IMG/VR virus record: IMGVR_UViG_3300044568_003733
Span: 1 to 57,851 of that record
Direction: 5' to 3' (one strand)
Length of the DNA stretch: 57,851 nucleotides
From: a virus
Lineage: Duplodnaviria; Caudoviricetes
In this document: in pieces, positions 19,942-30,100 of the stretch
Numbering within the stretch: position 1 is the first letter of the stretch
Layout: every line of letters starts with the position of its first letter
Notes under the pieces: generated by a model
What the model was told of the DNA's origin: nothing
Database searches by the model: none
What the model saw: the letters and a program-made list of their open reading frames with translations, nothing else
Made by a program: the position numbers and the translations under genes

Positions 19942-21276
19942 ATGAATATTGAAAAATCTAATTGGTCTTCCAATGGCGATAATATCATTTTATCTGTTCC
20001 ATTCACAAAAGTTAATCGTGAAAAGAGAACAGTTTCTGGTTTTGCCACACTAGACAATATCGATCAAACAGGAGATGTAGTAACCGCAGAAGCAAGCCTA
20101 AAAGCTTTTGAAAACTTTAGAGGAAATCTTCGTGAGATGCATCAACCAGTTGCAGTGGGCAAAGTAGTTTCTTTCAAGCCAGAAACATTTTATGATCCAG
20201 CAACAAAGGAATTTTTTAATGGAGTATATGTAGATGCATATATCTCAAAGGGCGCCCAGGATACATGGGAAAAAGTTTTAGACGGAACACTTCAAGGTTT
20301 CTCAATCGGCGGAAAGATCATTGAGTCAGATAATGAAGTAAACAAATCAACAGGTAAGACAGTCAGATTTATTAAAGACTATGATTTGATGGAGCTATCA
20401 ATTGTAGATTCTCCAGCAAATGAGTTGTGCAATATTCTTTCAATTCAGAAAGTTAATGGACAATTAGTATTTAAAGGAATGGCTGCAGAAGTTGTAACAG
20501 AAAATATTTTTTATTGTTCAGAAAGTGACTCTGTTTTTATCTCAACAGAGAAGACATATGAATCACCAGTAACTGGTAAACCAGCGGAACTAATCGGTTG
20601 GGTAGAAAGTTCAGATGTTAATAAAGGAAAAGAGATAGACAGAATTCTTGCTTCATTTAAGAAGTCAAGATTACCGTTGCCTGCAATACAAACAATTGCA
20701 AAACAGGCAAACGCAGAAGGAGGTAATGAAGTGTCAGAAAACACAGAAAACGTAGTTGTAGAAGATGCAGCAGCAGAAGTTGCAGCACCAGAAGCAGCCG
20801 TAGAAACTCCAGCAGTTGCAGAAGATGCAGCAGTTGAAGAGGCACCTGTAGAAGATACAGTTGCAGACGCTTCTGCCGAAACTCTGGAAAAGGCAGCCGA
20901 CGTATCAGAAGTTGAGGTTGATGAACCTGATTTTGCAAAGATGCTAGGTGACCTAAAAGGCTTTTTCGCAGAAACTTTAACAAAAGCTTCTGAAGCAAAT
21001 GCTGTTCAGGTTTCAACAATCAAAGAGACTGTTGAGACATTTAGCAAGAGCGTTGAAGGCCGAATTTCAGAATTGGCAGAGAAACACACAGCATTAAGTA
21101 ATGCTGTAACAGAAATACGCAACACCATCAATGGTGTAGAAAAGCGTGTCGATGCAGTAGAAAATGAGACTGCAATTAAGAAGTCCTCAGACCTTGGCGG
21201 GTCTCAGGAAGTAACAATTAAAAAATCTAAATGGAACGGTTCTTTCCTCGGTTCCGTACAGGAAATTTTCAATTAA
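19942..21276 (+). CDS. Prohead protease (HK97-like) fused to an acidic/coiled-coil scaffold
   Basis: D..GD, REMH, GFSIGG, ELSIVD.PAN; Ala/Glu-rich tail. Start moved to ATG 19942, which follows TTGCCT-17-TAAAAT. Confidence 0.85.
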   Translation: MNIEKSNWSSNGDNIILSVPFTKVNREKRTVSGFATLDNIDQTGDVVTAEASLKAFENFRGNLREMHQPVAVGKVVSFKPETFYDPATKEFFNGVYVDAYISKGAQDTWEKVLDGTLQGFSIGGKIIESDNEVNKSTGKTVRFIKDYDLMELSIVDSPANELCNILSIQKVNGQLVFKGMAAEVVTENIFYCSESDSVFISTEKTYESPVTGKPAELIGWVESSDVNKGKEIDRILASFKKSRLPLPAIQTIAKQANAEGGNEVSENTENVVVEDAAAEVAAPEAAVETPAVAEDAAVEEAPVEDTVADASAETLEKAADVSEVEVDEPDFAKMLGDLKGFFAETLTKASEANAVQVSTIKETVETFSKSVEGRISELAEKHTALSNAVTEIRNTINGVEKRVDAVENETAIKKSSDLGGSQEVTIKKSKWNGSFLGSVQEIFN

Positions 21277-21295
21277 AAAAAGGGTAGGTAAAACT

Positions 21296-22348
21296 ATGAG
21301 TAATGAACTATTAGAAAAATCAGTAGCCGCTAATACTTCCGTAACCGCTAATATGTCTGGGTCTGCAGTAGCAACCACAGGCGTACACATCGGTTCCGAA
21401 GGTGAGGGTGGATTACTGAATCCAGAGCAATCAGCTCGATTCTTAGATTATATGTTCGACGCAACCGTAATTGGTAAAGTTGCACGTACAGTAAGAATGA
21501 AGTCTGATACAACTGAAATTGATCGTATGTCCGTAGGCGAAAAGCTTATGAAACTTGCGACAGAAGCAGATGATACTTCAGCAAATAGCGCAGTATCTTT
21601 CTCAAAAATTTCTTTGACAACAAAGAAGTTACGCCTAGATTGGGAACTATCAACAGAGTCTCTAGAAGACAACATTGAGGGTCCAGATCTAGAAGACCAC
21701 ATTGCACGTATGATGGCAACACAAGCAGGAAATGATATTGAGGATGTAGTTCTTAACGGAAATACAGCTTTAACATCAGATGCTTTGTACAAGTCATTTG
21801 ACGGTGTAGTAAAGAAGGCAAAGACATACGGTCATGTTGTTGATGCTGGTGGAGCTGCTGTTTCTCGTGCTGTATTTAACAGCGCATTAAAGGCACTTCC
21901 ACGTAAGTACAAGCAACGCCGTTCAGATCTTCGCTTCCTAGCAGGATCAAACTTAATTCAGGACTTCCTATATGCTAACAGCATTGGAACAAACCAGACA
22001 ATTCCACAAGATATTGCTTCAAGCATTATCCGTGGGCAAGAGGTTCAACCACTAGGTGGACCTGCAGGATATGTGGCACCATTCGCATTCGGTATTCCGA
22101 TTGTTGAAGTTCCACTTCTTCCAGAGGCACAAGATGGTGACTATTCAGGAGAGACTGGTAATCACGGAGATATCCACTTGACATTCCCAAATAACGTAGT
22201 TATTGGTATCAAGCGTGATGTAACTGTTTACCGATTCTTCTGGCCACGTAAGGACTCTATTGAATACACAATGTATACTCGTGTAGGCGTTCAAATCGAA
22301 CAAGCTGATGCTTGGGTTGTAGTAAAGAACGTTAAGGTTGCTTCATAA
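21296..22348 (+). CDS. Major capsid protein (HK97 fold)
   Basis: GGLLNPEQ, LEDNIEG, GIPIVEVP; high-expression codon usage, terminator downstream, synteny. Confidence 0.9.
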   Translation: MSNELLEKSVAANTSVTANMSGSAVATTGVHIGSEGEGGLLNPEQSARFLDYMFDATVIGKVARTVRMKSDTTEIDRMSVGEKLMKLATEADDTSANSAVSFSKISLTTKKLRLDWELSTESLEDNIEGPDLEDHIARMMATQAGNDIEDVVLNGNTALTSDALYKSFDGVVKKAKTYGHVVDAGGAAVSRAVFNSALKALPRKYKQRRSDLRFLAGSNLIQDFLYANSIGTNQTIPQDIASSIIRGQEVQPLGGPAGYVAPFAFGIPIVEVPLLPEAQDGDYSGETGNHGDIHLTFPNNVVIGIKRDVTVYRFFWPRKDSIEYTMYTRVGVQIEQADAWVVVKNVKVAS

Positions 22349-22369
22349 GTAATCTTTAATAATTAAGTT

Positions 22370-22401
22370 GGGCCTGGCAATAGCCAGGCCCTTCTTATTT
22401 T
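22370..22401 (+). terminator. Intrinsic terminator after the capsid gene
   Basis: GGGCCTGGC-AATA-GCCAGGCCC followed by TTCTTATTTT. Confidence 0.85.
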
Positions 22402-22471
22402 ATATTTATATACCCTTCCCCTTTAATTCCTTTAATGCTATAATAAATATACTTGAACAAAGGAGATTATT

Positions 22472-22870
22472 GTGTCATTTGAGACATTAAAGATATCTGA
22501 ACTAAAAAAGGTAGCCGAAGATTTCGGTGTAGGTACAGAAGAATTAAAAAACAAGACTGACATTATTGCTGCACTTTCAGAAGAAGGCGTAACCTGGGCC
22601 GTGTATCAAAAAACAATTAAAGATATTGAAGACAATTTAGAGGAAGCTCCAGAGCAACCAGTTAAATTTGATCCAAAGAAAGAACTATCTGAGGATAGCG
22701 TTTTAGTCAAAATGACTAGACCAAACTTTAGATACGACATTACGGGATTTACTTTTACAAAAGAGCACCCATTTGTTGCAATGACTAAGGATCAAGCGCA
22801 GTCAATTTTTGATAAGGAGGAAGGTTTTAGATTAGCTAACCCAACAGAGGTACAAAGTTTTTATAGCTAA
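22472..22870 (+). CDS. Protein with Rho-N/HeH-like N-terminal domain
   Basis: LKISELKKVAEDFGV...KTDIIAAL; AAGGAG SD; TGCTATAAT at 22436-22444. Confidence 0.6.
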   Translation: MSFETLKISELKKVAEDFGVGTEELKNKTDIIAALSEEGVTWAVYQKTIKDIEDNLEEAPEQPVKFDPKKELSEDSVLVKMTRPNFRYDITGFTFTKEHPFVAMTKDQAQSIFDKEEGFRLANPTEVQSFYS

Positions 22871-22883
22871 TTAAAATCTTAAT

Positions 22884-23873
22884 ATGGCAGAGATTTATGT
22901 AAACAGTAACACCCCAATTAAAACAAAAATATATTGGGAAGGTGAACTCGTAGAGCCTAGTGGTAACGTAACTGCTGCCATATATGATATTACAGAAGAT
23001 CCTGCCATTAGTCCAGCAATTCTTCCAACAACTATTTTAACAACACTTACGGCAACAGCTGTAGAAACAGATATAGGAACATATCAGATAGTTCTGCCAT
23101 TTTCTTATTCTGTAAGAAATAGAAAATTTAAAGTTGTCTGGTCTTATACGGTCAGCTCAGTTGCTGGAACCCATACTACATATGTTGATGTTGTAACTCC
23201 ATATATAAATTTTGGAGACACAATAGATAGTTTAAATTTTGGTTCCGATCCAAGCGATCCAAATTATAAAACTTACAGAGAATTACAAATAGCAGAAAAA
23301 TATGCACGTAAACTTATTGAAGAATATACTAATCAAGAATTTTATTTATACAATGACACTGAGGTAGTTTATGGAATGAATTCGGACATTCTTCCGCTTC
23401 CATATAAAATAGATACAGTTTATCAACTGTACTCAAACGATATTTTATTAATAGACAATAATACAAATCCAGTTACAAACAACTGGACCTATACTCCAAT
23501 TATTTCAGAAACTGGATTCGGCATTAGAGTAGACAGAACTTATCTAATTGATAATACAGTGTATGTTGCTAACGGAATGGTACCTCCAACAATTAATGAT
23601 AATATAAATGGCGCTTTTGCAAAAAATGTTAGATATAAAATAGTTGGCAAGTATGGCTGGAATGAAGTCCCAGACAATGTCCAACAAGCCTGTGTAGAGT
23701 TAATGAAAGATTACTTCGCCAAGGATAACATTTGGAAAAACAAATACGTTAAAAACATTCAAACATTTGACTGGCAATTTGAATATGATTCAAACGCATA
23801 CCGTGGAACAGGAAATGCATATGCAGATCAACTGCTTAGTCCATATGTCATAAATGGAATGGTTGTTGTTTAA
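22884..23873 (+). CDS. Head-to-tail adaptor with extra N-terminal domain
   Basis: AEKYARKLIEEYT, YGW..VPDNVQQAC..L, D.LL.PY; synteny. Confidence 0.7.
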   Translation: MAEIYVNSNTPIKTKIYWEGELVEPSGNVTAAIYDITEDPAISPAILPTTILTTLTATAVETDIGTYQIVLPFSYSVRNRKFKVVWSYTVSSVAGTHTTYVDVVTPYINFGDTIDSLNFGSDPSDPNYKTYRELQIAEKYARKLIEEYTNQEFYLYNDTEVVYGMNSDILPLPYKIDTVYQLYSNDILLIDNNTNPVTNNWTYTPIISETGFGIRVDRTYLIDNTVYVANGMVPPTINDNINGAFAKNVRYKIVGKYGWNEVPDNVQQACVELMKDYFAKDNIWKNKYVKNIQTFDWQFEYDSNAYRGTGNAYADQLLSPYVINGMVVV

Positions 23874-24301
23874 TGCAAGACCTAATCCAGTCCGTTCTAC
23901 CAATGAAACTGGATGTGTATAGACAACTAGACACACAAGATCCAGATACTGGGGCTATTAAAAAAGAATGGTTATTTTACAAAAGCGTAGACTGTCATGC
24001 TAAAGGCGTTATAAGTAACTCGGCAACTACTAGAAGTAGCGATAAACAAATATTTAATAACAAATATGTTAACGATCAAATAATTCAAGTTAGAACCGAA
24101 GGCAGATTAACAACACGGGAAAAAGTTACAAATATCCGTGACATGAGTGGTAACTATATTTGGGTGGAATTAGACTTTCCAACAGAGACTCCCACCGTAT
24201 TTGAGGTTATGGGTACTACTCCATTAACCGACCCATTTGGCAGAGTTCTTGGATACAACTCATCTATGAAGAGATCGGAGAACCAACAAATTGGACTCTA
24301 G
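23873..24301 (+). CDS. Head closure/stopper protein (putative)
   Basis: Size, position after the adaptor, beta-rich sequence. Confidence 0.55.
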   Translation: MQDLIQSVLPMKLDVYRQLDTQDPDTGAIKKEWLFYKSVDCHAKGVISNSATTRSSDKQIFNNKYVNDQIIQVRTEGRLTTREKVTNIRDMSGNYIWVELDFPTETPTVFEVMGTTPLTDPFGRVLGYNSSMKRSENQQIGL

Positions 24302-25079
24302 TGCTATGCTACTAGCCGCAGCCTCAGGTCTTGAAAGACTTATGATTGGCAGCCGCAACGACGGCGTTTTAAAAGATAGTAATGTGGCTCAAATCTCGGC
24401 AGCCCTATATTATCAATCTAATGTTATTGCAAAATTAACAACAAGCAATCAATTTAAAAGTAAATTTAAAAAAACCATATATACTCAGATAAATAAAGAC
24501 TTTGGAGAATATATGGATGCTCAGGCCAGGTCAAAGCCTAGAAGTTTTCACCATGTTTATGAATGGAAAAAGTCTGGACTCCCTACTGCTAGATTATTTA
24601 AATTAAAAATGATAGATACAACAGGTATTTCTTTTAAAATAGATTTTGAATTTATCCCATCTAAATCCGCCGTCCCAAGCTCAAAAGGTAGACGTAGACA
24701 CGTATTTGCTAGCAAAGCATCTGTGATGGAGGCTGGAATGCCCCTAACAATTGCCCCAAGGGCCGCAGAGCGCCTAGTATTTGAAACTGATACTGGAACA
24801 GTGTTTATGCCTAAAGGGGCCTCAGTGACCGTTAAAAGGCCAGGAGGGCCTGGTGTAAAAAATCAATTTACCCTATATTATAGTAGATGGTTTAGTAGCA
24901 ATTTAGTAAACCTATCAATTAAGAGATCTGGATTCCAACAAATATTTAACTCAGCAATGTCTAAGTCCTTAAGATTACCATCCCCAATTAAAAGAGTTCA
25001 ATATTCATTTTCCCCAAATTCAATTCGGCAAATGGCTGATGCTGCAGTCGAAGCATCCTTTGGAGGGTCAATGGTATGA
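24291..25079 (+). CDS. Neck/tail-completion protein (putative)
   Basis: Basic protein between stopper and terminator positions; synteny only. Confidence 0.45.
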   Translation: MDSSAMLLAAASGLERLMIGSRNDGVLKDSNVAQISAALYYQSNVIAKLTTSNQFKSKFKKTIYTQINKDFGEYMDAQARSKPRSFHHVYEWKKSGLPTARLFKLKMIDTTGISFKIDFEFIPSKSAVPSSKGRRRHVFASKASVMEAGMPLTIAPRAAERLVFETDTGTVFMPKGASVTVKRPGGPGVKNQFTLYYSRWFSSNLVNLSIKRSGFQQIFNSAMSKSLRLPSPIKRVQYSFSPNSIRQMADAAVEASFGGSMV

Positions 25080-25588
25080 CAGTTAATTATAAATTAGATG
25101 CAGTCCTGGAATTAAGAAAGTTCCTTTGGAGCGAATTAGTCGATAGAGAAATTTTTACTGAAACAGAATATTATAGCGATAATATTGGGGACACTATTAT
25201 TCCAATTATTCCAGTACAACAGTCGGCAGAAATGAACCAGTTTTTGAGCGGAAAGAAACATATCGTTTATGACAAGATCGGTATGTCTTATGAAGACAAT
25301 TGGTTGATATGCTGTGAGCAAGTTCTATTTACTATATACTCAACAGATATTTCAGATATTAATGAGATTAGAAATTTCATGACCGACCAATTTAGAAGAA
25401 TGGACGATTCGGCCAAAGACGTAAATAGCTTTGATACCCTATCTGATAAATTTAAATTCCACAGTATTTTTATTGCTGATATATCCCCAACTGCCCCATC
25501 AGAGGAGATACAGGGATTTTTGTCGGCAGATGTAATATTAGAGGTTAAATATTCTCGTATTACAGATACCGTTGGCCGATTCTCATAA
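25076..25588 (+). CDS. Tail terminator protein (putative)
   Basis: Acidic 170-aa gene immediately before the tail tube gene. Confidence 0.5.
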   Translation: MTVNYKLDAVLELRKFLWSELVDREIFTETEYYSDNIGDTIIPIIPVQQSAEMNQFLSGKKHIVYDKIGMSYEDNWLICCEQVLFTIYSTDISDINEIRNFMTDQFRRMDDSAKDVNSFDTLSDKFKFHSIFIADISPTAPSEEIQGFLSADVILEVKYSRITDTVGRFS

Positions 25589-25698
25589 TTTGCCTTATGG
25601 CCCAAAATGGCCTATTATTGGATATGAGGAAAGAAAAGCCTAGCCAGCTTAGATTTTTTAAATATATATATATATTTAATATAGGAGGAAAATAAACT

Positions 25699-26406
25699 AT
25701 GGCACAATCCGTAGGTAATGCTAAAAACATTCTTGTCGGTGCATCTCCATTGTTCTTGTCAACTATTGACGTTAACGATTCAGATTACATCGAAAACGCA
25801 GAGCCAGGTGTAGCAATTACTGCAACTTCTGGCAACGTAGCTATCCCAGCTTTTGCAACAAACGTATCATATACAACATCATTAAACAATGTTGATCAGA
25901 CAGCAGGGAAGTTTGGATACCGCAACGTTGGTTTTACTAACAACGGTCTTCAAATTACATACAACCCAACATACGACAACGTAACTGTAGATCAGTTACT
26001 TGATACAGCTAAGCTGTTCAAGTCTGCTATGGAGGTTATGATCATGACAGAAATGTCAGAAGGTACACTCGAGAATATCGTAGCTGTATTCGGACAAAAT
26101 GCATCATCTCTAACAACATCAGGAACTGGAGACACTAAAAAAGACGTACTTGGTCTTGAGGCAGGTTCTTTAGGAGCAGCCCCAACAGAGCGTCAATTGA
26201 TTGCCGTTGGCCAAGCACCTACAGCTGATTCAACATCATCTGAGCGTGTATACTATGCACGTCGAGTATTGTCTGTACAACAGTCACAATTCTCGCTTGC
26301 TCGTACTACTCCAACCACATTCCCAGTGACTTTCCGTCTTCTACCAGATGCTAACTACTCTGGCTCAGAATACGGCAAGATTATTGACCGTGTATTAGTA
26401 GCATAA
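25699..26406 (+). CDS. Major tail (tube) protein
   Basis: VGFTNNGLQITY.P...VTVDQ, FPVTFRLLP; AGGAGG SD; terminator downstream. Confidence 0.85.
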   Translation: MAQSVGNAKNILVGASPLFLSTIDVNDSDYIENAEPGVAITATSGNVAIPAFATNVSYTTSLNNVDQTAGKFGYRNVGFTNNGLQITYNPTYDNVTVDQLLDTAKLFKSAMEVMIMTEMSEGTLENIVAVFGQNASSLTTSGTGDTKKDVLGLEAGSLGAAPTERQLIAVGQAPTADSTSSERVYYARRVLSVQQSQFSLARTTPTTFPVTFRLLPDANYSGSEYGKIIDRVLVA

Positions 26407-26421
26407 TAAATTTAATTTATT

Positions 26422-26457
26422 AATAGAGACCCCCAAGAAATTGGGGGTTTTCTATTT
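26422..26457 (+). terminator. Intrinsic terminator after the tail tube gene
   Basis: ACCCCCAA-GAAA-TTGGGGGT followed by TTTCTATTT. Confidence 0.85.
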
Positions 26458-26512
26458 GTATTAGTAATATGGTTTTGTTATAATAATTAAGACTATCCAA
26501 GGAGGATATAAA

Positions 26513-26845
26513 TTGGCTACAACCATATATAACGTAGAAGAAATCGAGCTTCAAAATGGAGCTAAGGTTAAGTTAAAACCATTGACAATCAAAGAACTAA
26601 GAAAGTTCATGGCTGCAATTCAAAAGACTTCAGAGTCAAAAACAGAAAACGAAACATTAACAATCCTTATTGATGCCTGTGCAGTGGCATTAGAAAAACA
26701 ATTACCAGATTTGGTAAAAGATCGAGATGCATTAGAAGATGCTCTGGACGTACCCACAATCAATCGCATACTTGAAGTATGTGGTGGGATTAAGATGGAC
26801 GACCCAAACCTTCTAGCGGCAGCGGTTCTGGCTGGTCAGAACTAG
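26513..26845 (+). CDS. Tail assembly chaperone (gpG equivalent)
   Basis: Between tail tube and tape measure genes; LKPLTIKELRKF; AAGGAGG SD with TTG start. Confidence 0.8.
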   Translation: MATTIYNVEEIELQNGAKVKLKPLTIKELRKFMAAIQKTSESKTENETLTILIDACAVALEKQLPDLVKDRDALEDALDVPTINRILEVCGGIKMDDPNLLAAAVLAGQN

Positions 26846-27168
26846 ATTTAGCCGCTCTATTAGGGGAAGTTTTTCTTTTAGGTAATTGGAAAAATTACGA
26901 AGAACTAGAAGAAAGTCTTTCAATGCCAGAGTTAATACAAACTTTTAAGTCGATGCAGAAAACTGAAGAAGAGAAAAGAAAATTCTTGGCTATGCTTCAG
27001 GGCGTTAACTTAGAAGAAGAAAAAACAGAAGGTCCAACCTTTGAAGATGTAAGAAGAAAGGCGCTAGGCATAAATGCTAGTGGAGACGACATATTGTCAC
27101 TACAAGGCCAGTTTGCCTCAGAGTCTGGATTTGGAATCGGAGCAGGATTAGGATACTCTAAGGAGTAG
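26803..27168 (+). CDS. -1 frameshift extension of the tail chaperone (gpGT equivalent)
   Basis: Slippery C CCA AAC at 26803-26809; the -1 frame is open from 26794 to 27168 and includes track ORF 26923-27168. Confidence 0.75.
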   Translation, partial: PKPSSGSGSGWSELDLAALLGEVFLLGNWKNYEELEESLSMPELIQTFKSMQKTEEEKRKFLAMLQGVNLEEEKTEGPTFEDVRRKALGINASGDDILSLQGQFASESGFGIGAGLGYSKE

Positions 27169-27178
27169 AATATAATAA

Positions 27179-30100
27179 ATGGCTGACGAAAATATAGTCA
27201 CGAATATAGTCGCTAAAGCCGACTTTTCAAATCTTATTGCAGATCTTAATAAGGTTTCATTTTCGTTAACTAAATTACAAGATCAACTAGTAGCTTCCAA
27301 TAAAATGTTGGCAGCTCAAGTTGGTGTAATGAATAGGTCATTTGCCGACACCCTAAGAAGCACTGGTCAGTTTTCCACCCACTTTGTCAGCCTTTCATCT
27401 GATGTAGAAAAATTTGGTTCTCAATTAGACAGAGGCCAGATGAGACTTGGAAAATTTTTTCAAGTTTATCGTCAACACGCAACCTCTACTGGCGGATTAG
27501 TAAGAGATTTAGCAAAACAACAGGTACAATTACAAAACGCAATTATGCAACCCTTGGGCAAAAACGCTCAAGGGTTAATGCAATATAATGTTCATATCCC
27601 AAGAGGTTTAGATTTAGTAAAAAATAAATCTTTAATAGCAAGACAAGAACTACAAATTATGAACAAGGTAGTTCAAGAAGGCGCTAACTCATTAATTAAC
27701 TGGGGTAAAAATACTCAATGGGCAGGACGTCAATTAACAGTAGGATTAACCGTACCACTAGCAGCATTTGGAAAGGCATCGGCAGATGCATTTAAACAAG
27801 CAGATGAACAATTAGTTCGTTTAACAAAAGTTTATGGCGGAGTAGCAGCAGTATCAGCACAGGAACTTGGAAAAGTAAGAGCTGATGTTTCAAAAACTGC
27901 AGAAGATCTAGCAAAGTCATACGGCTCGTCATTTAAAGACACAATTGCTTTAGCTGCAGATATTGCAGCAACTGGAAAACAAGGTAATGATTTATTGGGA
28001 TCTATACGAGAAACAACACGTTTAGCCGTCCTTGGTGAAGTTGATAGACAAGATGCAATGAAGGCTACTTTAGCAATTCAAACAGCATTTAAACAAAATA
28101 CAGAAGAATTAGCAGAATCAATTAACTTTTTAAACGCAGTTGAAAACCAAACATCGACCACCCTTAATGACTTGGTAGAAGCAATTCCAAAAGCTGGACC
28201 AATTATTAAAGGACTTGGTGGAAGCATACAAGACTTAGCATTATATTTAACAGCAATGCGAGAAGGCGGAATCAATGCCTCTGAAGGAGCTAACGCTTTA
28301 AAGTCAGGTCTTGCCTCTCTTATTAATCCAACTAAAGTTGCAAAAGATTTATTTAATGGGTTTGGAATATCCTTAACAGATATTGTTCAAAAAAATGCTG
28401 GAAATACAACTGCAACAATATTGGAATTACAAGCAGCATTAGAAACATTAAACCCGCTTCAAAAGCAACAGGCACTAGAACAATTATTTGGTAAATTCCA
28501 GTTTGCTCGTATGAATGCTTTGTTTGAGAATTTAGGAAAACAAGGAAGCCAGACTTTGCAAGTATTAGATTTAATGAAGGCTAGCTCCCAAGAATTAGAG
28601 GCATTGGCTACTCGAGAATTAGGACAAGTAACAGAATCAGCATCTGGTAAATATCGTAGAGCGGTAGAAGGATTAAAGGCAGATTTAGCTGGAATTGGAG
28701 AGCAGTTCTTAAAGATCAATACAAGTCTTATTAATTTTGTTGATGGAATAATTAAGTTTGTTCAAAAATTACCAGATCCAATTAAACAAGCATTAGGATT
28801 TATGGGAATGTTAACGGCGGCGGCTGGACCATTAATCATGTTAACTGGTGTACTCGGAAACTTCTTTGGCTATATTATTAAAGGTGCTTATCATTTTAAA
28901 GCATTATTTAAGGGTGGAGAAGGATGGAGGCTATTAACTCCAGAAATTTTAGCAGCACAAAAAGCTGGTAATTTAGTAGAACAAACATTTTATAGTGATG
29001 CTAAAGCAGCAGCGGTATTAAAACAAGCAATTGCTGGACTAACTGCAGAGTTTACAATATTACAACAAAAAGCATCATCTGCTGCAATGTCAGTTAATCC
29101 CGCCATATCAACAACTGCTGGTAATGTTATAGTTGCAGGCCCAAGAGTTGTAAATCCTAACCACCCACTTGTAGGTAAAATAGACACAAGAGCGGCTGCA
29201 CATCATAATCCAAGAGGATTGATGAATCAAGCACAAAGAGATGCCCAAACAATTCACTCTGTTACTCCTGGATCAATTGATGTAAATCAAAAAATAGGAA
29301 CTGTTCCTCAAATATTTATGGCAGGAGATATGCCAAAAATTGAAGGATTAACATCTTCAAGAGGTGCTTCTACGGGAATAGTGGCTGGAGAGGCAGCAAA
29401 GTGGCATGCGCTTATGGGATCCCTATCTATGTTAAGTAAAAGAGAAGTTGCTACATTAAAGAAAGAAATTGCAAGAACTGGAACCTTTAGCGAAGATATA
29501 AGTAACACTTTTAGTCAATTGTTAGTGCCAATGACAGATATAACTACAAATGCTGCTAATAGATCTGCTCAAATAGTTGCTCAATTACAATCTGGAAAAA
29601 TTACAATGGAAGCAGCTCGTGCAAAAATTATTGCATTAAATACAGAAATAGAAGCAATGATGGCTACAGCAACAACTCAAGTTGCAACATCGCTAGGTCG
29701 GACTGCAAATTTAACTCAAGTCCCCCTCACTTCACAAGCCATTGTAAGTAATACTGGAAAAGCAAATTTAAAAGAAATATTTAGACCTGGCAGAAAGGGC
29801 AAGACAATAGTTGATGCTATTGCTAGGGCCCTTGGAGTAAGAACATATGGCGCTGGATATTCAACAGAAACAACAATGCCAAAGAAATTTGCAACAGGCG
29901 GAATGGTTGTTCCTGGACCAAGATCAGATACAACAGATACTCAATTTATGAATTTAATAGAAGGAGATGTCGTATTAAATAGAAAGGCATCAGATGCCTT
30001 AATGGGATATAACAAAGGCGGCAGAGTAGTACCAGCAATGGTAACTCCTGGAGAAATTATAGTTAATAACCCAACACCATCAGAAGCTGAAGCACTATTA

